64,000 nt of DNA from assembly GCA_014729085.1 (NCBI GenBank), contig WJKM01000009.1:61973-125972 (forward strand). Reading direction: 5' to 3'. Below the pieces are notes generated by a model, which made no database searches, had not been told where the DNA came from, and worked only from the letters and a program-made list of their open reading frames with translations. This DNA comes from Candidatus Dojkabacteria bacterium. Its GTDB lineage: Bacteria > Patescibacteriota > Dojkabacteria > B142 > WJKM01. Of this stretch, positions 28,487-38,094 are shown in pieces. The translations under genes were made by a program, and so were the position numbers. Numbering within the stretch: position 1 is the first letter of the stretch; each line of letters opens with the position of its first letter.

Positions 28487-29680
28487 TTATCCGCATTCTC
28501 CTTGTGCAGCACTTCCGCTCGAATCATATCCAAATCCTGGTCCTGGTGGAGTCTTAGATACTTCAGCATTACATTCTTCAGGTTTTTCTTCAAAACCTGC
28601 ACATATTGTATCTAGTAAACTTTGAGAGTCTCTACCAGATGAAAAGACTTGTCCATTAATTACCAATGTTGGGGAATGGCTAACTCCATATTTTTGATTA
28701 TCATCTGCATGAATATTAAATGGAGGGTAACTGCCCATCCAAGTATTTTCATCATTTAGATTTGCAATTATATTATATTCAGCGTTAGTTGCCTCGTAAC
28801 AACTATCTACAGAGTTTTTGTCAATACTATTAGACGCGATACAACCTTCTGTATCTCCTTTGTCTAGGAAGCATTCCAGATAACCGATAAATTTAGAAGG
28901 CATATTTTTTTGAATACAATACTGCTTTGTTTGCTCGATCAACTCTTTTTCTCCATGCATTGCATAATTAACAAATTTTAATTCAAAGTCAATTTTATCT
29001 CCTAATTTTTTCACCACTGGTATAATTCCCTTTTCTATTTGGGTACCATAAGGACAATGACTCATAACAAAGAGTTCAACCAAAGGCTTTTTTGCTTTGG
29101 GTAAATTAGCAAGCATCTTTTGATAAGCTTCTTCTTCTTTTTTCTTTCGTGCTTCAGCATCTACTAGTACTGAAGCTGGAAAAATTTTCGATCCGTCTTT
29201 GATGATAAAAGATTCGATTTCCTGAGAATCAATTTCTAGTATTACTTTATAATAATCACCATTGTCGGCATCTGTTGTTTCTAGGATTTGGGCATCTTCA
29301 TACCCGCTTGAAATAAAGAATGATAACACCTTATTCTCTGCTTCCTCTTTAGTAAGAGGGGTTTCGCTTGCGGTAGCTTCATGGACAGAAGGAAAAATTG
29401 ACTCTTTGTCTTTGGTAAGGTAGATAGGCATTTCTGTTGTTTCATCTTTAATTGTAACCTTATAGAGCCAGTCGTTTTCTTCGGTAACATCGGTTACCTC
29501 TACACCTTGATATCCAAGTTCTTCATAAAATTTTACAATTAGTTCTTTAATGTCTTTATTTGCATCTGCTTCTGTCTGAACATCATTTGAGGTACTCTTA
29601 TTATTTTTCTTGGGAGTGCATCCAGCAATAAATATAGGAAGAATGATAAGAACAATTATGGGTATATATATTTTTTTCAT
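28487..29680 (-). CDS. Thioredoxin-fold lipoprotein (DsbA/GILT-like)
   Basis: Lipobox IAGC; duplicated DsbC_N-like segment; FVMSHCPYG, MHGEKE and SPTLVING motifs. Confidence 0.75.
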   Translation of the reverse strand: MKKIYIPIIVLIILPIFIAGCTPKKNNKSTSNDVQTEADANKDIKELIVKFYEELGYQGVEVTDVTEENDWLYKVTIKDETTEMPIYLTKDKESIFPSVHEATASETPLTKEEAENKVLSFFISSGYEDAQILETTDADNGDYYKVILEIDSQEIESFIIKDGSKIFPASVLVDAEARKKKEEEAYQKMLANLPKAKKPLVELFVMSHCPYGTQIEKGIIPVVKKLGDKIDFELKFVNYAMHGEKELIEQTKQYCIQKNMPSKFIGYLECFLDKGDTEGCIASNSIDKNSVDSCYEATNAEYNIIANLNDENTWMGSYPPFNIHADDNQKYGVSHSPTLVINGQVFSSGRDSQSLLDTICAGFEEKPEECNAEVSKTPPGPGFGYDSSGSAAQGECG

Positions 29681-29857
29681 TATGTTTTAATAAAAAATTA
29701 GAAGACTATAGATTCTATACTTTTTAAATAGATTTGTGCAAATCAAGCAGTTAAAATATAATTAAGCTATGTTATGGAAAACGTCTAATCATTTAATACC
29801 GCTCAAACAATAGAGATTATTTGAACCTTTTATTATTATTTAAATTTCTAAAATCTT

Positions 29858-30751
29858 ATGAAATTATCCGATAAATCTAAAGGAATAATTTATATTTTCC
29901 TTTCAATTACTGCATATAGCTTAATGCCCATATTAATTCGAAAGCTTGACTCAGGTAATCTACCACCTATGTCTCAAGTATTTTTAAGATATTGTGTAGC
30001 TTTTATCTGTGCTTCTGTTTATTTTGTTATACGTAAACAAAAGTTAAATTTTAAAAAGGGAAATATTGTTCTATTGATTATCACAAGCATTATAGGTTAT
30101 GGAATAATGAATCTTATTTATACATATTCAATGCTTTATACAGAGGTTTCTAATGCATTGTTTCTTTTCTATTTTTCTTCTGTAATTACACCAATTCTTG
30201 GATATTTTTTTCTAAAAGAAAAATTAAATAAATATAATTTACTTAGTATTACAATAGCATTTGTTGCACTCTTGTTTTTATTTCAACCTACATCAGTAGC
30301 TACGTGGAAGTTAGGAGGAGTATTTGGAATCTTATCTGCTTTAACATGGGCTTTTTATTTGATTGCCAGGAAAAAACTCAAAGAGTATAGCTCAGAATTA
30401 ATTCTTTTATCTAGTACTTTTTTTGGTCTAATAACGGTTGGAAGTATGGCGTTGATATTTGAGAATGATTTTTATTTTGGTGTAGAAGGAATAAATGATT
30501 TAACGAGTGAAACTTGGTTATTAACCGTTTTATTTGGTGTATTAAATTTTGCAGGATGGTACTTTGTAAGTAAAGGTTTTGAGTTTGTGAAAGCCTCTAC
30601 TGGAAGCTTGATAATGCTTGTGGAAAATGTGGTGGTTGGGATATTTGCTTTTCTATTTCTTGAAGAATTACCAAGTTGGGGAACAATAATAGGCGGCTTT
30701 TTTATAATGATTGCAGCTATTATAACGATACTTAAGGGAGATAATACATAA
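29858..30751 (+). CDS. DMT/EamA family transporter
   Basis: About 10 TMs; two EamA repeats ending FFLKEK and LFLEE. Confidence 0.9.
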   Translation: MKLSDKSKGIIYIFLSITAYSLMPILIRKLDSGNLPPMSQVFLRYCVAFICASVYFVIRKQKLNFKKGNIVLLIITSIIGYGIMNLIYTYSMLYTEVSNALFLFYFSSVITPILGYFFLKEKLNKYNLLSITIAFVALLFLFQPTSVATWKLGGVFGILSALTWAFYLIARKKLKEYSSELILLSSTFFGLITVGSMALIFENDFYFGVEGINDLTSETWLLTVLFGVLNFAGWYFVSKGFEFVKASTGSLIMLVENVVVGIFAFLFLEELPSWGTIIGGFFIMIAAIITILKGDNT

Positions 30752-30753
30752 TC

Positions 30754-31038
30754 TTATTCAATAATTTCAAGTCTATTTCTCACTTTATTTTGTTCGGAGG
30801 GACTAAGTATTTGGAAGAAAGGGCAGGGATAATAACCCATTGAGTCAGAACCAAATTTCATAACTTGAAAAGGGAAAAACAAGCCACCTTGTCCTTTTTT
30901 TGCAACAACTGTTTCTTTGCAAAGAGGATCCCAATTTCCCTTACAAACGACAGTTTCTTCACAAAGTGCCAAATTACATCTATCTGGCCTGGAGCATTTC
31001 TGTATTAAATGTTGTGCTTTTGGATTTATTGTTTCCAT
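30754..31038 (-). CDS. Hypothetical Cys-rich small protein
   Basis: 94 aa, ATG start, 6 Cys, short internal repeat LCEETVV/LCKETVV. Confidence 0.5.
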   Translation of the reverse strand: METINPKAQHLIQKCSRPDRCNLALCEETVVCKGNWDPLCKETVVAKKGQGGLFFPFQVMKFGSDSMGYYPCPFFQILSPSEQNKVRNRLEIIE

Positions 31039-31070
31039 ATCTAATTGTATGGGATTTGGATACCTTTATC

Positions 31071-31098
31071 TTGACAATTTATTGACAGTTGTTATTAT
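31071..31098 (+). promoter_or_regulatory. Promoter-like element with no downstream plus-strand gene (antisense)
   Basis: TTGACA-16 nt-TATTAT with an extended TGn before the -10 box. Confidence 0.45.
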
Positions 31099-31137
31099 AC
31101 TTGATTAAATCAGAAGAAATAGAAGAGTGGGATATAG

Positions 31138-31233
31138 TTAGTTGCTTACCAGAATCATCATGAGCAAGAAAACCAACACCGCAAGAAAAATTATTTTCCC
31201 TACATTGTATAGATCTTCTATAGATATATACAT
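31138..31233 (-). CDS. 31-aa single-TM peptide (unannotated)
   Basis: MYISIEDLYNVGKIIFLAVLVFLLMMILVSN, with an AAGGAG Shine-Dalgarno 10 nt upstream and TGnTATAAT further upstream. Confidence 0.6.
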   Translation of the reverse strand: MYISIEDLYNVGKIIFLAVLVFLLMMILVSN

Positions 31234-31337
31234 TTGATTATTGCTCCTTAAGCTAAAAAGTATTCTAAAAATATTATAACATGAAAATTTTTAATGTAAC
31301 ATCTATTATGTTATAAAATAAATTTTTTTATTCTGCA

Positions 31338-32519
31338 CTAAAAAACTTGAGCTATCATACTTTTTAAATAAGATCCCTCCGGAAAGTAAACTGATATTGG
31401 ATGGTCAGGAGCTTGGATAATGTTTCTTAATGTTTTTAATGTGAGGTTTTGCTGAATAGATGCTTTTTTTAATATGTCATAAAATTCTTGTTGTTTTAAA
31501 TAATGAGAACAGCTGGATGTTGCAAATATTCCCTTATGATTAAGCAATTCCAAGCAAGCTTTATTAACGAAATGATATGCTTTTATCCCCCTGGCTTTTG
31601 CTTTATGTGTTTTGATAAATGCTGGAGGATCTATGATAATCATGTCGTAGCTATCCTGAGGATTGGTATCCAACCATTCAAAGACATCAATTTTCTGTAT
31701 AGAAAATTTGGTATTATCTATATTATTTAGTGAAGCGTTTCTTTTTGCAAGTTCAAGGGCTTGCGAAGATATATCTATATTATGAACCGTCTTGGCGCCC
31801 CCTTTTAAAGCATAAATTCCTGATGCTCCAGAGTAGGAGAATAAGTTTAGAATTTTTAGGTCTTTTGAAAAATTTAAAATTTGTTGTCTTAGAAGTTTTT
31901 GATCCAGAAAAAATCCTGTTTTTTGACCATTAATGATATCAACATAAAAATCAATATCATTTTCTTTTATTATAGTTAGATCAGGAATTTCCCCATAATG
32001 AATGGTCTTCGTTTCTTCTATTTTTTCTCGTCTTCGAATCGAGATATCACTTCTTTCTACAATAGCTTTAGGTTTATAAATTTCAAGTAAAGCATTAAGA
32101 ATATCTTCTTTCATTAAGTCTATTCCAGCTGTCGAGCTTTGGAAAACAATTATATCGTTGTATATATCTATAATTAGTCCAGGTGTACCATCAGATTCAC
32201 CAAAAGCGAGTCTGTAAGCATTAGTTTCTTTAGAAGGGTATCCAAGATTTTGTCTAAAATTTTTTAAATCGTTAATTTTCTGAATCCACCAATCTTGATC
32301 CAAACTTTGTTCTTTAAATTCAAAAATTCTCAGCTTAATCATAGAGTAGGGAGAGTAGGTCCCAGTTGCAACAATTTGATCTTCAGAATCGGTTAAATAT
32401 ACAACAGACCCATTTTGCAAATCAGTCGGAGGGGTTCGAATTGCTTTATCAAATATCCAAGGATGTCTAGTTGAAAGAATATATTCTTTACCTTTTTTTA
32501 ATTTTATCTTTGGATACAT
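31338..32519 (-). CDS. rlmI: RlmI-like PUA/SAM-dependent rRNA m5C methyltransferase
   Basis: RHPWIF, GESDGTPGLIID, GQKTGFFLDQ, LNLFSYSG, DPPAF and TSSCS motifs. Confidence 0.85.
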   Translation of the reverse strand: MYPKIKLKKGKEYILSTRHPWIFDKAIRTPPTDLQNGSVVYLTDSEDQIVATGTYSPYSMIKLRIFEFKEQSLDQDWWIQKINDLKNFRQNLGYPSKETNAYRLAFGESDGTPGLIIDIYNDIIVFQSSTAGIDLMKEDILNALLEIYKPKAIVERSDISIRRREKIEETKTIHYGEIPDLTIIKENDIDFYVDIINGQKTGFFLDQKLLRQQILNFSKDLKILNLFSYSGASGIYALKGGAKTVHNIDISSQALELAKRNASLNNIDNTKFSIQKIDVFEWLDTNPQDSYDMIIIDPPAFIKTHKAKARGIKAYHFVNKACLELLNHKGIFATSSCSHYLKQQEFYDILKKASIQQNLTLKTLRNIIQAPDHPISVYFPEGSYLKSMIAQVF

Positions 32520-32570
32520 GGAGGATGAATTTAGGATTTAGAATCTAGAAATTAAATTGAATACTAATAT

Positions 32571-33038
32571 TTAAGCACTAGGCTTTAAAATCATTTCTTT
32601 TAAATATTTTATATCTTTTTCCTTAATATGTACAAAATATTGCAAAATATTATATTTCCTTGAATGAATAAAATCAGCTATTTTATACATTGTCCAATTG
32701 CAAAATGAGTCAGTTGGTGTTTTGGACAACTTAAAGTTATTACTATTTATTGGAAAGTTCAGTTTATATGATTTGTTTGGATGATTTTCGACTCTTTTTG
32801 TTTGATTAAATTGGTTAATGGTCGTTGGTTCGAAGTATGAAGACCTTGTCTTAGATAAAGCAATTCCAATAATTAAAGAAGGTTCAGAATTTTGGATAAT
32901 TCGTTTGAATTTAACAAAATCTTCTTTCAATTTACCGAAAATAAATAGATTATTGAAATCAACTTGTATTTTACGAATATGTGGAAAGCTTCGAAAAGTA
33001 TAAGGCAGAGTTGTTATGGTCTGGATTTCAGATATCAT
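32571..33038 (-). CDS. Pyroglutamyl-peptidase (C15)-fold protein
   Basis: IIGIA...FE...N, SFCNWTMY and FVHI resemble the Glu-Cys-His elements of Pcp. Confidence 0.5.
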   Translation of the reverse strand: MISEIQTITTLPYTFRSFPHIRKIQVDFNNLFIFGKLKEDFVKFKRIIQNSEPSLIIGIALSKTRSSYFEPTTINQFNQTKRVENHPNKSYKLNFPINSNNFKLSKTPTDSFCNWTMYKIADFIHSRKYNILQYFVHIKEKDIKYLKEMILKPSA

Positions 33039-33084
33039 TAATGAATTAGGGTTGATTAATTAATAACAAATAAATAATAGAAAT

Positions 33085-34218
33085 TTAGAAAAGAAGGAAG
33101 TACAACCAGACTCCAAAAATAGAACATACAAGTCCTGTAAGCCAGAATCTTATTACTACTTTTTCTTCGTTCCAACCCTTCATTTCAAAATGATGATGAA
33201 GCGGAGCCATTTCAAAGATTCTTCTACCTAAAAAGCGACGAGAGACTGCTTGAATCAGGGAAGAGCCAACCTCCGCTACAAAAGGTAGTCCAATTATTGG
33301 GAGCAATAAAGGAACTCTGAGAGCAAATGCAATTGTTGCCAATAATGTACCAAGGGCTAGGGAACCTACATCCCCCATTTGGAATCTAGCAGGAGGTGCA
33401 TTAAAATATAGATAAGTTAAAAGACTACCTATTGTTGTGATTATTAATATAGCAATATGGTAATCCTTTTGATATAAGCTAATTACAAAAAATCCTGCAA
33501 AAGATGATAGTAGCAGTCCCGCTGCTAATCCATCCATTCCATCAGATAGATTTACAGCATTGCTCATGCTGATTATTGCAAAGATAATAAATGGAATCAT
33601 TAGAAAACCAAGATCAAACCAACCCCAAAAAGGAAGCCAAATAGATTCCGCATTACTCCAGCCAGTTTTAAAACATATCCAATAGGAAAGTATGAATCCA
33701 ATAATTGATTGAACTAAAATTTTTTCATGGGCATGAATTCCTTTGCCTGGATTAGAACCAATAATAAAAAAAAGTCTTTTGTAGAAATACCATGGCAAGC
33801 ATAATGCGTACCAAATCCTCATTAGGTAACTTTTATGAACTTTAATGAGTTTGAGGATTCGATGAACCTTTTTAATTTTTCGTGGTTTTCCATAGATATT
33901 TAATACATCGTCCAAAGCACCTAAAATTGCGGAAATTCCAAATATAAGGAGTGGCACTTTAATTGAACCGCTTATTGTCCCATTGGGATCTCGATTAAAG
34001 ACGAGATTTATTACAATTACTGAAATTATTACTATTAAGCCACCCATTATTGGGGTTCCAATTTTTTTCTTGCGGTCTTCAATTAAGTTTGCAAAATCCA
34101 CTTCTCCTCTTCTAGTTATTTTGAACTTGTATAAAATATCTATAATTGGAAAAGAGATAATCAGGGAGAATAGCGTTGATACTACCAACAAAGTTGTAAT
34201 GCCTAAAATTGTATTCAT
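33085..34218 (-). CDS. mraY: Phospho-MurNAc-pentapeptide transferase
   Basis: KIGTPIMGG, GALDD, NAVNLSDGMDGL, MGDVGSLALG and MAPLHHHFE motifs. Confidence 0.95.
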   Translation of the reverse strand: MNTILGITTLLVVSTLFSLIISFPIIDILYKFKITRRGEVDFANLIEDRKKKIGTPIMGGLIVIISVIVINLVFNRDPNGTISGSIKVPLLIFGISAILGALDDVLNIYGKPRKIKKVHRILKLIKVHKSYLMRIWYALCLPWYFYKRLFFIIGSNPGKGIHAHEKILVQSIIGFILSYWICFKTGWSNAESIWLPFWGWFDLGFLMIPFIIFAIISMSNAVNLSDGMDGLAAGLLLSSFAGFFVISLYQKDYHIAILIITTIGSLLTYLYFNAPPARFQMGDVGSLALGTLLATIAFALRVPLLLPIIGLPFVAEVGSSLIQAVSRRFLGRRIFEMAPLHHHFEMKGWNEEKVVIRFWLTGLVCSIFGVWLYFLLF

Positions 34219-34334
34219 TTGGTAAAATATAAAAACTTTTATTAGTTGTAAACTTAGATTTGTTATTTTAAAATTTAATTCAACGTCTGTAAAGCAAATG
34301 TAGGCGAAACTAGTTTATTTGAATAGAGAATATA

Positions 34335-34541
34335 ATGCTTAAAAAACTTATAGCTCCGCTCCAAAAAATTTTACTTCAGAAAAAGCTTTGCCCAGCATGT
34401 ACATCTGATCTTACCATTATTAAGGATCGAAAACCAAAACGTAATGATACCGAGATCGTCACATGTAGATGCGGTCGAATTTTTATCTATGATAAGGACT
34501 TGGATTTATATAGAAGGGCACTTCTAGATGAAATAGAATAG
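34335..34541 (+). CDS. Small zinc-ribbon protein
   Basis: CPAC...CRCG in 68 aa; ATG start; directly upstream of mnmA. Confidence 0.7.
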   Translation: MLKKLIAPLQKILLQKKLCPACTSDLTIIKDRKPKRNDTEIVTCRCGRIFIYDKDLDLYRRALLDEIE

Positions 34542-34570
34542 CAATTTTTTTGTTTTCATTAGATTTAAAT

Positions 34571-35608
34571 ATGACTAAAAAAATTTTTGTTGCTCTATCC
34601 GGGGGTGTTGATTCATCAGTTGCCGCATTAAAATTGAAGGAACAGGGATATGAATTAACAGGGGTGCATATGCAGACTGGGTATACAACTGAGGAGGATC
34701 GGTCCAGTGTAGTTGCAATAGGGGAATTATTAGAGATCCCGATTAAATTTTATGATGTTAGGAAAGAATTTGACGAAGATGTCCTCAATTATTTCATTAA
34801 AGAATATACTGCAGGAAGAACACCTAATCCTTGTGTTGTCTGTAATAAGAAAATAAAATTTGGGAAATTATTAGATTTATGTTTTAAAGATGGAGCAGAT
34901 TATATTGCTACCGGACATTATGTTCAAAAAGGCGATGATGATTTATTATTGAGAGGAAAGGATAAACGAAAAGATCAATCATATTTTTTGTATTCCATTT
35001 CTTCACCAGTACTTTCTAAGTGTTTTTTCCCGCTTGGTAATTATCTTAAAGATGAAGTAAGAACTATTGCTTTAAAATCAGGGCTTCCTACTTCTAGTAG
35101 AAAAGAAAGCCAAGATATATGTTTCATGAAAAATGAAAATTATATTACTTTACTAGGTTCGTATATAAAGAACATGAAAGGGGATATTATAGATATCGAT
35201 TCTGGAGATAAAGTTGGAGAACATAATGGTTATTGGAGATATACTATTGGACAAAGAAAAGGTTTAAGAGTCGGTGGAGCAGCAAAGCCATATTTCGTTG
35301 CTAAAATTCATCCAAAGGATAATGTTGTTTACGTTTGCATGGGGAAAGAACATGATGAACTTTACAGTCGGAAGATATATGTTGAAAAGTTAAATTTGAT
35401 TAATCCAAAATATGAAATGTCAGATAATTTATCAGCATCAATTAGATACAACCATAATCCACAACCGGGAGAATTAATTATTAAACAGGAAAATAAAATA
35501 TATTTTGAATTTGAAGAACCTCAAAGAGCTGTAACATTAGGTCAAAGTTTGGTTGTATATGATGGTAGAGTCTGCATTGGGGGAGGAATAATTAGAGATT
35601 CTCAATGA
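34571..35608 (+). CDS. mnmA: tRNA 2-thiouridylase
   Basis: SGGVDS, TPNPCVVCN, ATGHY, KDQSYFL, ESQDICF, YTIGQRKG and GQSLV motifs. Confidence 0.96.
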   Translation: MTKKIFVALSGGVDSSVAALKLKEQGYELTGVHMQTGYTTEEDRSSVVAIGELLEIPIKFYDVRKEFDEDVLNYFIKEYTAGRTPNPCVVCNKKIKFGKLLDLCFKDGADYIATGHYVQKGDDDLLLRGKDKRKDQSYFLYSISSPVLSKCFFPLGNYLKDEVRTIALKSGLPTSSRKESQDICFMKNENYITLLGSYIKNMKGDIIDIDSGDKVGEHNGYWRYTIGQRKGLRVGGAAKPYFVAKIHPKDNVVYVCMGKEHDELYSRKIYVEKLNLINPKYEMSDNLSASIRYNHNPQPGELIIKQENKIYFEFEEPQRAVTLGQSLVVYDGRVCIGGGIIRDSQ

Positions 35609-35630
35609 GATTTTTCCTTAATTTATTCAT

Positions 35631-36176
35631 TTATTGACATCTTGCATAACAGATCCAAATTTTTCCAACAATATTTTCTTTTGGAATGAAACCTGTATGC
35701 CTGGAATCTTGAGAGTTTTTTCTGTTATCTCCTAAAACAAAATAAGAATCTGGTGGTACAGTTATGGATTGATTCTCTTTAAGAAATTCATCTTCGTTTG
35801 TTTCGACATTTTGATTAAGATAAGCTTCTTCTAAAATTTCGCCATTGATGTATATATTTGAGTTTTTCAGTAGTATCTTATCACCAGGCATGCCAATAAT
35901 TCTGTGTACATATTGAATTTTGGAATCCGTTTTAGATTTGTACACAATTATATCTCCTCTTGATACATAATTTACATTGTTTATACCTTTTAATATAAAA
36001 TGCATAGATCCATCCGATAGCGTTGGAGCCATAGCTTTTCCATTTATTTGTACAGGTTGTAAAAGTAGAATATAGATTATGGGTACTAAAGTAACTCCAC
36101 AAAATATGAGGATTGCAAAAAGTATTAGTACAATTATTGGTAGAGATTTTATTTTACGAAAGAAAAGTTTTTTCAT
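35631..36176 (-). CDS. Signal peptidase I (S26) homolog with a substituted catalytic dyad
   Basis: TM, then GKAMAPTL, RGDIIV, YVHRIIGMPGD and GDNRKNSQDSR. The catalytic Ser is Ala and the Lys is His. Confidence 0.85.
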   Translation of the reverse strand: MKKLFFRKIKSLPIIVLILFAILIFCGVTLVPIIYILLLQPVQINGKAMAPTLSDGSMHFILKGINNVNYVSRGDIIVYKSKTDSKIQYVHRIIGMPGDKILLKNSNIYINGEILEEAYLNQNVETNEDEFLKENQSITVPPDSYFVLGDNRKNSQDSRHTGFIPKENIVGKIWICYARCQ

Positions 36177-36189
36177 TAAAGACTATATA

Positions 36190-36720
36190 TTACACAAAAG
36201 ATAACATATTTATTCCTTTTTCATATATTTCATCATTAAGTAAATTTAATTTTGCTTTTTTCTCATTGTAATCATCAAGCAAGGGAGTGATGTCCTTCCC
36301 CTTAGTACCAGTTTGGAGAATTAAATCGACAGTTTCAGATATACTAAAACAAATTTGAGCATATTCAGCATTAAGATCTTTTAGTTCCTTCAGTTTCGGA
36401 TCTGTTGGAGAAGTTGTAATATAGAAATTAAATTCATTTACTGCAGCAATAAAATTATTATTTGCTTTAGAGATTTTAACTAGATCATCTGTTTCATTTA
36501 GTGTTTTAGTAAGCACTCTATACTCTTTGATGATTTCATTTCTTTTCTTCACAGTTATAGTATTGTAATCAAGTATTTCACGCTTATCTGCCACTTCATT
36601 TGTAATATGAGATCCTATAAGTATGAATATTGTTATTAGAAGAAAAAATATAAATACTGGAATAAATAGAAAATAAAGTATGTATTTTTTATTTAATGAT
36701 ATTGGTTTGAATTTCACCAT
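36190..36720 (-). CDS. Hypothetical membrane-anchored helical protein
   Basis: N-terminal TM; amphipathic helical remainder. Confidence 0.65.
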   Translation of the reverse strand: MVKFKPISLNKKYILYFLFIPVFIFFLLITIFILIGSHITNEVADKREILDYNTITVKKRNEIIKEYRVLTKTLNETDDLVKISKANNNFIAAVNEFNFYITTSPTDPKLKELKDLNAEYAQICFSISETVDLILQTGTKGKDITPLLDDYNEKKAKLNLLNDEIYEKGINMLSFV

Positions 36721-36783
36721 GAGTAAGAATGACTAGCAAAAATTATTTTAATAATAAAATAAGAAAAAGAAAATATTTGATTT

Positions 36784-37392
36784 CTACACACCTTTCGTAT
36801 GGTTGTTTAGATATTTTAAAAGAACTGCAACACTCCTATCTTCAGATATTTTGCCATTTAGAGATAATTTTTTTACTTGTTTATAAGAATACCAATTTGG
36901 TTCAATGTTTTCACCAACTTCCAGATTTTGTTCTTCGAATCTTGGTTTATCAATATGAGAAATGAAATAATAGAGATCCCATTCTATTGTACTTCCGCCA
37001 CTTTGTGCAATGTAAAATAATCTTGGGTCTGAAATATTTAGTCCGCATTCTTCGTGTATTTCGGTTAGGGCTGCTTTTTTTGCAGATGGCTTCACATCTT
37101 TGTTTTCCTTGAGGTAAGTCTTGTATTTACTAAGAGTATTAAATACTTTACCTCCTGGAAGCCTATAATCCCAGGCTTCCAGTTCCGGTCTATATTCCTT
37201 AGTAAGTAAAAGTTCCTGCGAATCATTTGTATCTATGATGACACGTACACTAGGTGAGCGCCTTACACATTCATAGGTGATCATTTTTTCTCCTACTTTC
37301 ATTTTTTGTTCAAACAATTCAAGTATTTTACCCGAATAAATAATTTTCTCTTTTCCCATAGGTTTTGGTAACTTGTCCTCTAGCTTGAACAT
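36784..37392 (-). CDS. Nudix hydrolase (ADP-ribose pyrophosphatase-like)
   Basis: KEYRP, LPGG...AALTEIHEECG and E.GENIE motifs. Confidence 0.8.
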   Translation of the reverse strand: MFKLEDKLPKPMGKEKIIYSGKILELFEQKMKVGEKMITYECVRRSPSVRVIIDTNDSQELLLTKEYRPELEAWDYRLPGGKVFNTLSKYKTYLKENKDVKPSAKKAALTEIHEECGLNISDPRLFYIAQSGGSTIEWDLYYFISHIDKPRFEEQNLEVGENIEPNWYSYKQVKKLSLNGKISEDRSVAVLLKYLNNHTKGV

Positions 37393-38033
37393 TATTTACA
37401 GCACTTACAATCACAATCCTCACAACATAAATCATCCATATCTTCAAATCTTTCTTTAAACAATTTTTGCGCTTCTTCTATTATTTCAAATGACTTTTCT
37501 TTCCCCTCCCAGGCCTCCAATTTAACTTCTTTATCTGTTTGCCCTTTATATTTAAACTGAAGATCTTTATATCTTTCGAAGAAAAATCCAATTTCATCTT
37601 TTTGATGCTCTGGAATATCATCAATTGATTTAATGTGTTTAAACCTAATGTCGTCAACTGGAACAGCTAGGATCTTATCGTCTTTTTCACCAGTATCATT
37701 GAATAACATAACCCCAATAGGTCTTACTGAAAGTAGGCAATATGGAAAAGTAGGGTAGGTGACCAGACACATTACATCAAGCAAATCTTCATCTTCATCC
37801 CAAGTTTGAGGAATTGCACCGTATTCAATTGGATAAGGTAGTTTTTCATATAAGACTCTATCTAATTTAATTAAACCTGTTTGAGTATGAAATTCATATT
37901 TATTAATACTACCCATTGGGGTTTCTACAAGCATATTTATCTCCTCCGGAACTTTGTCCCCTACAGGAAGTTTGAGAAGAGGGTTAAATTTGATCGGATA
38001 GAGTTTGTCGCCCAAGTGATTTATATCTGACAT
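37392..38033 (-). CDS. ppa: Family I inorganic pyrophosphatase
   Basis: ETP..S.NKYE, LDRVL, YGAIPQT, DEDLLDV, DDKILAV and YKDL motifs. Confidence 0.93.
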   Translation of the reverse strand: MSDINHLGDKLYPIKFNPLLKLPVGDKVPEEINMLVETPMGSINKYEFHTQTGLIKLDRVLYEKLPYPIEYGAIPQTWDEDEDLLDVMCLVTYPTFPYCLLSVRPIGVMLFNDTGEKDDKILAVPVDDIRFKHIKSIDDIPEHQKDEIGFFFERYKDLQFKYKGQTDKEVKLEAWEGKEKSFEIIEEAQKLFKERFEDMDDLCCEDCDCKCCK

Positions 38034-38094
38034 TTGGATAATGTAATAATTTAAATACTTAAATTTAAGTCAGTAAGTCGTTACCTACTGAAAT

